Below are positions 51,362 through 59,334 of a stretch of DNA of 64,000 nt, in pieces. Both the position numbers and the translations under genes were made by a program. This DNA is from an uncultured virus (IMG/VR IMGVR_UViG_3300033066_001967) (Duplodnaviria > Heunggongvirae > Uroviricota > Caudoviricetes), in the IMG/VR virus record IMGVR_UViG_3300033066_001967; one strand, 5' to 3'. Every line of letters begins with the position of its first letter. Position 1 is the stretch's first letter. The notes under the pieces are model-generated. The model was not told the origin of the DNA, ran no database searches, and saw only the letters and a program-made list of their open reading frames with translations.

Positions 51362-51535
51362 CCCTTTAGGGTTGTCGGAGACGACGGCGTGCTGGCTGTA
51401 CAGCTCTCGGCATGCGCCGAAAAGCAACGCTTCGGAGAATCTGCCACGGGTGCCACTACGTGCGCAATGGCGACGACGCTCAGGCCGGGTGACCGCCCTC
51501 CTGAGCGCCGTCTAGTCCGACGGCGTGTCTCTCGT
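51362..51535 (-). ncRNA. Candidate structured RNA / leader upstream of portal
   Basis: Several short stems plus a long-range GTCGGA..GACGGCG / CGCCGTC..TCCGAC pairing in a gene-free gap. Confidence 0.35.
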
Positions 51536-51539
51536 CGGG

Positions 51540-52001
51540 TTATGCTGTTGGAGGCTTGCCGACGGGAGTCTTCTCGTCGTCGGCGATGAGCGCCTCGTCT
51601 TTGGGAGCGCTTGACGCCTTGGGCGCGCGCTTCGTGATTGCGGTGTACATGACGAGCCACGCGCGCTGCATGATGCTCAACGGAGGCTTGCCGATTTGCG
51701 GAGTGTCGAAGCCGAGGAACTTTGCCTCGTGCTCGGGAACGAAGGCTATTTGCGGTTTGGTCCACTGCCATTGGACCGGCGAGAGGCAGTGCGTGCACAC
51801 CATCGCGCCTTGGTTGCTCGACGCGAAGTTCACCTCGCGACACTGCGTGCAAACGCCGCGAAGAAGACCACCGGCGTGAAGCTTTACCGTGTTGCCTTCT
51901 TCGTCTTCGAGCTGCACGTAGTGGTGATTGCGCACCCACATGAAGCTTCTTACGTTCGCCGGCAACTTCGTCGTGACGAGCGTGATGTGTTTGTTCTTCA
52001 T
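51540..52001 (-). CDS. Hypothetical zinc-ribbon protein
   Basis: CTQC...CTHC. Confidence 0.5.
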   Translation of the reverse strand: MKNKHITLVTTKLPANVRSFMWVRNHHYVQLEDEEGNTVKLHAGGLLRGVCTQCREVNFASSNQGAMVCTHCLSPVQWQWTKPQIAFVPEHEAKFLGFDTPQIGKPPLSIMQRAWLVMYTAITKRAPKASSAPKDEALIADDEKTPVGKPPTA

Positions 52002-52108
52002 TGCCCAGCTATCTACAGCACGCGCCGGGAATATTCTAGTTTGCAAAAACGCCACGGCACCGAAAACCTGCGACATGCCGGTCAAGCTAGCACACGAAAG
52101 GCACGCTG

Positions 52109-53398
52109 TCACACGATGCGATGCGGGGCCTCGCGCATGCCGCTGTCGAGGTCGAGCGCGTCGATTTGCATACCAGCGCCGAGCATCAACTCGGTGATGG
52201 CCCACACGAGCGCGTCCATGCGGTCGGGCGACTTCGTGCTGATGCCCGGCACCCAAGTGCACATCTGCGACTCCAGCTTGGCGTGCATGCCGACGTGATG
52301 AATGCGTCCCTGCTCGTAGAGCGCGCTCACGGGCTCGGCACGCACGGCCTTGCCGCGCGAGGCGTGGACTTTCTTGTAGCTCACGTTGCGGTCGACGGCG
52401 CGGATGGTCACCTCGACCAAGTCGCCGCCGTTGTTCGCCTCGGCCACGATGCGGTCGGCCTTGTGCTTGTGGTACGCCTTCACCGCTTTGCGTGCCCATC
52501 CATCAGGCGAGAGCAGCTCGCTGATGTCCTCGATGATGTAGCCGTGCCCGTCGTCGCCGAGCCCGGCGATGACCATACCGCACTCGTCGCTGTCTTCGTT
52601 GCTCGTCGTGCTCGGGTCGATGGCCACGACAACGCGCCGCATGTACGGCGCGACCTTCACGCGATGCTCGTCGATGAGCGACTGCTTCCACAGCGCGCCG
52701 ATGGTGTCGTCGAGAATGTCGGCGTGTAGCTCTTGCTGGCCGAGGCGCGTGCCTTCGTACTTGGCCACGATGCGCTTGAGGAAGTCTTCGGCGAGGTTGC
52801 CTTTGTTGTCGTACGTCGAGCCGCGCGTGACGTGCGTCGACTCGTCGGCCACGAGGTCGCGGATGATTTGCGTCGGGCGCGGCGTCGTCGACACGATGAC
52901 GCGCGGGCGCTTGCCCAAGCGAAGGCCGAAGCGAAGGTTGTCCCACGCTTCGAGGTGCTTGAACGACGCCAGCTCGTCGGCCCACGCCGTGTCGAACTGC
53001 GGGCCGCGCAACTGGTCGGGCTCGTCGGCTGTGAACGTCGTGGCGATGCTTCCGTCGGGCCACGTGAGCCTGCGCTTCGATGGTTCGTAGATGGGCTTGT
53101 TCCACGGCGGACACACGGCGAGCAGCCCGCTCTCGCCTTCAATCATGACGTCACGCACCTCGCTGCTCGTGCGACCGAGCAATGCGATGCGCCGCGCCTT
53201 GCCGCGCTCGACGCGCGAGCGTATCCACTCCGCCGCCGTGCGCGTCTTGCCGAAGCCTCGACCCGCGAGCAGCAGCCACGTGTTCCATTTGCCTGCCGGT
53301 TCGAGCTGGTTCGGGCGTGCGTACGTCGTCGCCCAGTCGTAGAGCAACTCGGCGTTGACGTCCGCGCGCATGCGCTCCGCTGTGCTACTCGTCGTCAT
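52109..53398 (-). CDS. terL: Terminase large subunit
   Basis: AGRGFGKTR Walker A, WADE Walker B, STTP, VAIDP nuclease motif, SPDRMDALVWA. Confidence 0.97.
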   Translation of the reverse strand: MTTSSTAERMRADVNAELLYDWATTYARPNQLEPAGKWNTWLLLAGRGFGKTRTAAEWIRSRVERGKARRIALLGRTSSEVRDVMIEGESGLLAVCPPWNKPIYEPSKRRLTWPDGSIATTFTADEPDQLRGPQFDTAWADELASFKHLEAWDNLRFGLRLGKRPRVIVSTTPRPTQIIRDLVADESTHVTRGSTYDNKGNLAEDFLKRIVAKYEGTRLGQQELHADILDDTIGALWKQSLIDEHRVKVAPYMRRVVVAIDPSTTSNEDSDECGMVIAGLGDDGHGYIIEDISELLSPDGWARKAVKAYHKHKADRIVAEANNGGDLVEVTIRAVDRNVSYKKVHASRGKAVRAEPVSALYEQGRIHHVGMHAKLESQMCTWVPGISTKSPDRMDALVWAITELMLGAGMQIDALDLDSGMREAPHRIV

Positions 53399-53930
53399 CG
53401 TCTTCGACGCGCATCTTGTCGCGCAGCTTCATGAGCAGCGCTTGCTCTTCAGGCGTGAGCTTGCTCGGGTCCACCTTCGCGCCGCGCACCACGAGCGGTT
53501 TGTTCTCGTCGCCAGTCAGCTCCAGCGAGTCCTTGCGCGCCCACTTCTTGGGATTCTTCCGTTCGAGCCGCCACGCCGCCGCCTGCCAGTGCTTGCGCGC
53601 GTGGTTCGCCATGTGGAGCACGTCGCGCGACTCCGCCTCCGCCGCCGCGTGCTCTACTGCGTCAGCTAGGGCCTTGAACGGCTCCTCGCCTTTGCCGCCG
53701 CGCAGCAGCCACTTGTAGAACGTGTCCTTGCTGATTCCGCACGCGCGCGCGGCTACCTCGGCGTAGTTGCCGACCTTGATGAGCGTGACGAGCTTGCGTT
53801 GCAGTTCGGGCGTGAGCAGCGTCTCTCCCGCCGCCTTGTTCGGGTTCTTCTTCTCCGGCTTCTGGTGGTTGCCGCTCGGCTTCGAGCGCTTGTACCGCGC
53901 GCCGTCGGTGGGTCCGTTTCTCTTCGCCAT
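53385..53930 (-). CDS. terS: Terminase small subunit
   Basis: HTH GNY..VAA.ACGIS..TFYKW; WQAAAWRLERK.P..W; directly upstream of terL. Confidence 0.8.
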   Translation of the reverse strand: MAKRNGPTDGARYKRSKPSGNHQKPEKKNPNKAAGETLLTPELQRKLVTLIKVGNYAEVAARACGISKDTFYKWLLRGGKGEEPFKALADAVEHAAAEAESRDVLHMANHARKHWQAAAWRLERKNPKKWARKDSLELTGDENKPLVVRGAKVDPSKLTPEEQALLMKLRDKMRVEDDDDE

Positions 53931-53984
53931 GGGTGAGGGTGCTCCTCTCCCCAGTGTGCCGCGCGCGCGGCGCGCGGTCAACCG

Positions 53985-55106
53985 CTAGCCGAGCCACTGC
54001 TCGCGGATGGCGAGCGCAATGCGCTGCATGAGGAACGGAGGCACGCTCATCCCGCACACGTAGTGCGGGTGCTCGTCGCCGAAGTCGTAGTCCTCGGGGA
54101 ATGAGCTTACCCTGATGACCTCCGCCCTGTTGAGCAGCCTGCGATGCGCCCAGTGCCAGATGGATGGGCACGCTTGCAGCGTGTGCGCCGGGCGGAACGG
54201 GCTCGCCTTGCGCATGAAGCCGAACGTCTGCCCCGTGCGCATCACCTTCGTGGTGCCGCCGGGCTCGGCGAGACCCCAGCGCGGGTTGCTCGTCGCGTGC
54301 TTGCCGACCTCCGCGCCGTTCCACTTCTTCTTGCGCTCGGGGTGGCCGGGCGTCTCGATGCGGTCCTCCGGCAGGTTTGCGAACGCCTTCTTCAGCGGGA
54401 TGCGCTCCTCCTCCATCACGAGCTTGAGCGGAGGGAGCCCGAGGTCCTTCCTTCGCGCGACGAACACCACGCGCTCGCGCACCTGCGGCACGCCCGCGCG
54501 GCTCGCGTCGACGAGGAAGAGCTGCGGCTCGTAGCCCAGCCGCCTGAACGTCTCCATCACCTCGCGCACGTAACCCTTGGCGTTGCCGGCGAGCATGCCC
54601 TTGACGTTCTCGGCGACGACGACCTTCGGCCGCAGCTTCGCGGCCACCTTGAGGAACTGGCCGAAGAGGTCGTCGAGCACCTGCACCGCCTGCCCCTCGC
54701 GGAACTTCGACGCCGTGCCCCACTTCTTCTCGCGCGCGCCGGCCATCGAGAACGAGCTGCACGGCGGCGAGCCGTCGAGCACGTCCAGCTCGAACAGCTC
54801 CTTCGGCAGGAGCTTGTCGTCCGTGCCGGCGAACTCCTCGACGCCCATGAGGTACTCGTGCTCGGGCGCGTGGTTGCGCACGTAGAGCGCGCTCATGCGC
54901 TTGTCTATCTCGACGCCGCCGAGCACGCGGCAGCCGGCGAGCTTGTAGCCCATCGTCGAGCCTCCGCCGCAGTGGAAGCAGGAGAACACCGTCGGGCCCT
55001 TCAGCGGCGGGTAGTCTTCCTTGGTCCACTGGCCCGTGCGCTTCCTCGGAAGTGCGCCGCGAGCCGCGCCTCCAACCTTAGCGGCTGCTTTGTCTCGTGC
55101 TCCCAT
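53985..55106 (-). CDS. C5 cytosine DNA methyltransferase
   Basis: FSCFHCGGGSTMGY (I), DGSPPCSSFS (IV), ENVKG (VI), QVRERV (VIII), R.L...E...SSFPEDY (IX), GMSVPP (X). Confidence 0.92.
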   Translation of the reverse strand: MGARDKAAAKVGGAARGALPRKRTGQWTKEDYPPLKGPTVFSCFHCGGGSTMGYKLAGCRVLGGVEIDKRMSALYVRNHAPEHEYLMGVEEFAGTDDKLLPKELFELDVLDGSPPCSSFSMAGAREKKWGTASKFREGQAVQVLDDLFGQFLKVAAKLRPKVVVAENVKGMLAGNAKGYVREVMETFRRLGYEPQLFLVDASRAGVPQVRERVVFVARRKDLGLPPLKLVMEEERIPLKKAFANLPEDRIETPGHPERKKKWNGAEVGKHATSNPRWGLAEPGGTTKVMRTGQTFGFMRKASPFRPAHTLQACPSIWHWAHRRLLNRAEVIRVSSFPEDYDFGDEHPHYVCGMSVPPFLMQRIALAIREQWLG

Positions 55107-55399
55107 ACGGTCAGAGTCTCCCAGCCGAGCGCTCTAAGCTCGGCGTCCTTGCGGGCGTCGCGCGCCCTGTTGTTGATGAACTTCGCGCGCCACGCGGCGG
55201 CGTTAGGTCCCTTGCACTTCCTCTCGCCGCAGCGAGGGCACGAGTGCCAGAAGCACCCGTGTACGAACACCGCCGTGCGCCCGACGATGAAGTCCGGCGT
55301 GCCCGGCAGCTTCCTGCGCACGGTCGAGAGCCCGAGCTTGCGCAGCACCCGGCCCACCACCTGCTCAGGCTTCGTGCCGCTCGTGCGCTGCCTGCGCAT
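55001..55399 (-). CDS. vsr: Very short patch repair endonuclease (start may be further upstream)
   Basis: TKPE; LPGTPD; FVHGCFWH; W..K...N.ARD; L...GW....VWE. Confidence 0.9.
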   Translation of the reverse strand: MRRQRTSGTKPEQVVGRVLRKLGLSTVRRKLPGTPDFIVGRTAVFVHGCFWHSCPRCGERKCKGPNAAAWRAKFINNRARDARKDAELRALGWETLTVWEHETKQPLRLEARLAAHFRGSARASGPRKTTRR

Positions 55400-55412
55400 G
55401 CGCGCCGAGTGC

Positions 55413-55955
55413 TCAGTCGAAACGAAACGAGCAGCGGGGGCACTCGTGCTTCCCCTCGCCGAGGTCCTCTTCAGTGATTTCCTTCGCGCCTTCATCCTCC
55501 GTGCCTAGCACGGCCTCCGCCTCGTCGAGGAGGCCGAGTTCGCCGGCGCTGAAGCCCGCGAGTTCGAGGTTGAAGTCCTCAAGCTCGCTCGCGCCGCGCA
55601 TGTCCTCGACGAGCGCGTCGAAGTCCCACCCGAACTCGCTCACCTTGTTGTCGCCGACGCGCGCGGCGCGGACCTGCGCCTCGGTGAGGTGCGCCTGCAC
55701 CACGACGGGCACCTTCTCCAGCCCGAGCTTCTGCGCGGCCATCCACCTGCCGTGCCCCTTGATGATGGTGCCCGTCCTGTCGACGACGATGGGCTGGTCG
55801 AAGCCCGTCTCCGCCATGAGGCGGGCGATGTGCATCACCTGCTCCGGCGGGTGCTTCTTCGCGTTGAGCGCGTACGGCTTCACGTCGTACGTCTTCCACA
55901 CCTCAATCTTGGTCGCCACCTTCACGCTCGCCGCGCCTATCGTCTTCTTCGCCAC
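55413..55955 (-). CDS. ParB/Srx N-terminal domain protein with C-terminal zinc ribbon
   Basis: PY..NAK.H...QV; GF.QPIVVD; IIKGHGR..AA..LG; DNK; CPRC.F.F. Confidence 0.85.
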   Translation of the reverse strand: MAKKTIGAASVKVATKIEVWKTYDVKPYALNAKKHPPEQVMHIARLMAETGFDQPIVVDRTGTIIKGHGRWMAAQKLGLEKVPVVVQAHLTEAQVRAARVGDNKVSEFGWDFDALVEDMRGASELEDFNLELAGFSAGELGLLDEAEAVLGTEDEGAKEITEEDLGEGKHECPRCSFRFD

Positions 55956-55979
55956 TTTCTCTCCCTGGTTGGTGGTGCG

Positions 55980-56008
55980 ACGCTACCGAGAACGAGGCCG
56001 CGCGTCCA
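55980..56008 (-). promoter_or_regulatory. Candidate sigma70-like promoter for the leftward (late) operon
   Basis: TGGACG-N17-TAGCGT upstream of the GGGAG RBS of the ParB-like gene. Confidence 0.35.
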
Positions 56009-56060
56009 GGTGCGAAAAAGTCGGCGGCGGTGTCCGCCGCGAGGACGCCGGAGGCGCGGA

Positions 56061-56179
56061 GAGGTAGGTACGTGTGGGGGTGGGGTGTAGCCCTTAAGGA
56101 GAAAAGGAAGGGGAGTACAACTACTAATACTTTTCTTTCTCCCTTATGGCGGACACCCCACCCCACCACCTACGTACCT
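56061..56179. repeat. ~119-bp quasi-palindrome (element B), related to element A
   Basis: AGGTACGT..GGGGTGGGGTGT...GGAGAAAAG / CTTTCTCC...ACACCCCACCCC..ACGTACCT; shares CTTAT(A/G)GCGGACACCCCACCC and CCACCACCTAC with element A. Confidence 0.9.
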
Positions 56180-56335
56180 GTGTCGACCTCGCACGCTCGC
56201 GTCAGCTTCGCAGCGAGCTTGACACGAAATCACTCCCGTGCATCGCGTTGCGACGCGGCGCGCGCACAAAAACGACTCAGGTCCATGTATGAGTGTTGCC
56301 TTTCGCTACGACCGCCTGTAAAGGTTTCCGCGGCT

Positions 56336-58987
56336 ATGCGACAACTACGAGTTTCCTTCTACAAGAAGACCTCAGCGAAGAAGTGCGTCCCGCACGTGCT
56401 CACGTGGCCGGGCGACGGGCCCGCCGCGCTGACCGAGCCGGCGCGCACGACCGAGGACCGCGAGTCGGTCCCGCTCATCATGGCCGGCACCAACGACGGC
56501 GAGCGCGGCGACGCGCACGTGGTCACGCGCTCCATGGTGGTGATGGACGTGGACTGCAAGCCGGAGAAGGACGAGAGCGAGCAGGCGTGGCGCTCGCGCT
56601 CCGGCAAGCTGCGCGCGGACTTCATGCGCGCGCTGGAGTTCCTCTCCGGCCCCGAGGGCTTCGACCACGCCTGGCACACCACGCACTCGCACACGGACTC
56701 GGACCGCCTCGGGTGGCGCGTCTGGATTCCTCTTTCCGTCGACGTGCCCGCCGCGCAGTTCGCCCGCTGGCGCGACGCCAACCACGCGATGAACGCCAAG
56801 GTGTTCAACCTGGTCTGCGACACGACCGCCTACAACCCCGAGCGCCTGATGCGCCTCCCCGCGCTCCACCCCGCGCGCGCTGAGGTATACAAGTCCGGCG
56901 CGCGCGTCGGCGACAAGCTGCTGACGTTCGAGGAGCTGGTCGAGTGGTACAAGGCGCTCCCGCCCGAGCAACGCAACAAGACGCGCGGCCAGGCGGCGCG
57001 CGACGTGCCTCGCATCTACTCGCCGGCCATCGGCGAGTTCGCGCTGCCGGCGGCGCTCGTGAGCAAGATGCGCATGCAGTGCGCGCAGGTGGCGCAGGGC
57101 AACCAGCGCCTGAAGGCCGACACGCGCGCTGCGCTGGAGTCGGTCGCCAACGGCGAGTCGCTCAAGCAGGGCATGCGAGACAACGGCCTCATCGGGCTCG
57201 TGGGCTTCTTCGCGCACCGGTTCCTGGAGCATGAGACGCGCCCGCTGCTCGACTCGCTGCTCCTCCCGGTGCTGGAGAAGACGCACGCCGATGCGCCCGA
57301 CGACCCCGTCAAGCCCAACATGCCGGACCCGCGCGAGCTGTGCGACTGGGCCATCCAGCAAGTGGAGGGCCGCCGGCAGGACGCGAGCAATCCGCTCGGC
57401 CACATGAACGTGACTGACGTCGAGGCCGGGTACATCCGCGACTGGACGCAAGGCCAACGCTCGGGCGGCATGAGCGAGCAAGAGTTCCGCATCATCGCCC
57501 AGCAGAACAACGTCGACGTCGAGACGATGAAGCGCCGCCTGTTCGTGGTCTTCGGGCGCGACACCTACGTGTGGCAGGTCAACGGCTACGGCCCGCGCAC
57601 CGTCCACATGCGCGAGCTGACGCTGCCCTTCGCCCAAGCGGTGCTCGCGGGCGTTGGCGTCAGCCGCCGGTATCTCGACGAGGCGAAGGCGGAGTTCAAG
57701 ACGCTGAGCCTCCAGGACATCATCGCCCGCCACAGCGTCAACGCCGCCGCCGTGCGCGCCTCATACAGAGAGGAGCGCTCGCGCTTCGACGAGAAGACCA
57801 GCACCTTCGTCGAGGCCATGGGCCTGCGCGCGAAGCTGGAGCCCACGCGCTACGACGAGATACACGAGTGGCTGCTCACGCTCGGCGGCGAGAAGCTCGT
57901 CGACTGGGTGAGCTACGTGCCCGACCTCACGCGCGCGCTCTCCATCCTCATGCTCATCATGCCGCGCAACTCGGGCAAGAACCTGCTCGCGCACGGCCTC
58001 GCGCGCCTATGGAAGCGCGGCACGCCGGTCGACGCGGGCGAGGCCATGAGCGACCGCTTCAACGGCGGCCTCGCCGAGACGCCATTCATCTTCGCCGACG
58101 AGGAGCTGCCGCGCATGCGCGGCAAGTCGCTCGGCGCGGAACTCCGGCGCATCGTCTCCAACCCCGACATCACCATCGAGCGCAAGTTCATGCCGGCGGT
58201 CAAATGCGAGGGCTACCTCCGCATGCTCGTAGCAGCCAACGGCGACGCGCCGCTGCGCGGCTTCGCGAGCAACGGCCAGCCCACCGACGCTGACCTCGCT
58301 GCCATCGCCGAGCGCCTGCTCACCATCGAGTGCGACAAGAAGGCCGCCGACTACCTGCTAAAATTCGGGCGCGAGGAGGTCGACTCCTGGCGCAGCGAGG
58401 ACAAGGTGGCCAAGCACGCGCTCTGGCTCGCCGCCAACTGGAAGGTGAAGGACCAGGGCCGACGCTTCGTCGTCGAGGGCAACAGCGAGAAGGCGCTCTA
58501 CAAGCTGGTGGCCGGCGACGAGCTGACCAGCCAGGTGCTCGACTGGTTCATCAGCTACGGCCTGCACCCGAACAAGAAGACCACGAGCAACGTGCGCAGC
58601 GGATTCTTCGCGCGCGACGGCGAGTTGTACGTATCACTCGGCGTCATCGTCGGCACCTGGTCGGACTTTCGCCCGGCCTACCGCATGGCCAGCACCGAGC
58701 CCTTCGTCAACGCGCTGGAGAGCGTGTGCCACCCGGGCCGCGTGAGCGTGCGCCGCAACAACGAGGTGCGCCAATACTGGCGCGTCAAGTTCGACTACCT
58801 GGAGTTCTACGCCAAGCGCCTCGGGCACGGCAGCGAGAGCGTGCGCCGCGCCATCATGGAGCGCGAGGACGACAGCGCCCAGTTCGTCGCCGACGACGAG
58901 CCCGGCGAGGTCATTAGCATCATGACGCCGCCCAAGCGCGAGCCCGCACAACCACGCCAACGCATCGCATCGACCGAGGAAATCTAG
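56336..58987 (+). CDS. Primase-helicase (AEP/prim-pol N-terminus plus SF3-like ATPase)
   Basis: VVMDVD, HTTHSH, WRVWIPL; MPRNSGKN Walker A-like, FADEE Walker B, IERKF, VAAN, ERL. Confidence 0.8.
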   Translation: MRQLRVSFYKKTSAKKCVPHVLTWPGDGPAALTEPARTTEDRESVPLIMAGTNDGERGDAHVVTRSMVVMDVDCKPEKDESEQAWRSRSGKLRADFMRALEFLSGPEGFDHAWHTTHSHTDSDRLGWRVWIPLSVDVPAAQFARWRDANHAMNAKVFNLVCDTTAYNPERLMRLPALHPARAEVYKSGARVGDKLLTFEELVEWYKALPPEQRNKTRGQAARDVPRIYSPAIGEFALPAALVSKMRMQCAQVAQGNQRLKADTRAALESVANGESLKQGMRDNGLIGLVGFFAHRFLEHETRPLLDSLLLPVLEKTHADAPDDPVKPNMPDPRELCDWAIQQVEGRRQDASNPLGHMNVTDVEAGYIRDWTQGQRSGGMSEQEFRIIAQQNNVDVETMKRRLFVVFGRDTYVWQVNGYGPRTVHMRELTLPFAQAVLAGVGVSRRYLDEAKAEFKTLSLQDIIARHSVNAAAVRASYREERSRFDEKTSTFVEAMGLRAKLEPTRYDEIHEWLLTLGGEKLVDWVSYVPDLTRALSILMLIMPRNSGKNLLAHGLARLWKRGTPVDAGEAMSDRFNGGLAETPFIFADEELPRMRGKSLGAELRRIVSNPDITIERKFMPAVKCEGYLRMLVAANGDAPLRGFASNGQPTDADLAAIAERLLTIECDKKAADYLLKFGREEVDSWRSEDKVAKHALWLAANWKVKDQGRRFVVEGNSEKALYKLVAGDELTSQVLDWFISYGLHPNKKTTSNVRSGFFARDGELYVSLGVIVGTWSDFRPAYRMASTEPFVNALESVCHPGRVSVRRNNEVRQYWRVKFDYLEFYAKRLGHGSESVRRAIMEREDDSAQFVADDEPGEVISIMTPPKREPAQPRQRIASTEEI

Positions 58988-58989
58988 CC

Positions 58990-59334
58990 ATGAACACCGC
59001 TTTGCTCCTTGCTACATCTGCGCTCGCAGGCTTCCTCGTAGGCTTCCTGCTCGCGCGCAACACCTGGCTCACCTTCGAAGGCCGCCAGGCCCGACGCGAC
59101 CTGCGCACCGTCCTCAACCTGCGCTCCGAGCTGGAGCGGCATACGCAGCTCCTGCGTGCGGAGAAGAAGCGCTCCTCGCTCTTGCTGGGGCTGATGCGCA
59201 CAACGCGCCGGCAACTGCGAGGACTGCACAGTGTCTCAAACGGTCGCGCGTTCATGGTTGCCGCTGAGAGCTGCGAGAAAGGCGACATTCTTCTTGTGAA
59301 CATAAACGGCACGGTCGGACCGGTGAGCAAATGA
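58990..59334 (+). CDS. Membrane-anchored hypothetical protein
   Basis: N-terminal TM LLLATSALAGFLVGFLLA followed by a basic helix; GAGGA RBS. Confidence 0.55.
   Translation: MNTALLLATSALAGFLVGFLLARNTWLTFEGRQARRDLRTVLNLRSELERHTQLLRAEKKRSSLLLGLMRTTRRQLRGLHSVSNGRAFMVAAESCEKGDILLVNINGTVGPVSK

Noticed and set aside
51362..51535. tRNA in the structured gap
   Set aside because: No T-loop (TTCRA) or D-loop cloverleaf arrangement was found.
56030..56335. Extended N-terminus of the primase ORF from 56030
   Set aside because: It runs through element B and promoter-like DNA with non-coding composition. ATG 56336 is the more plausible start.
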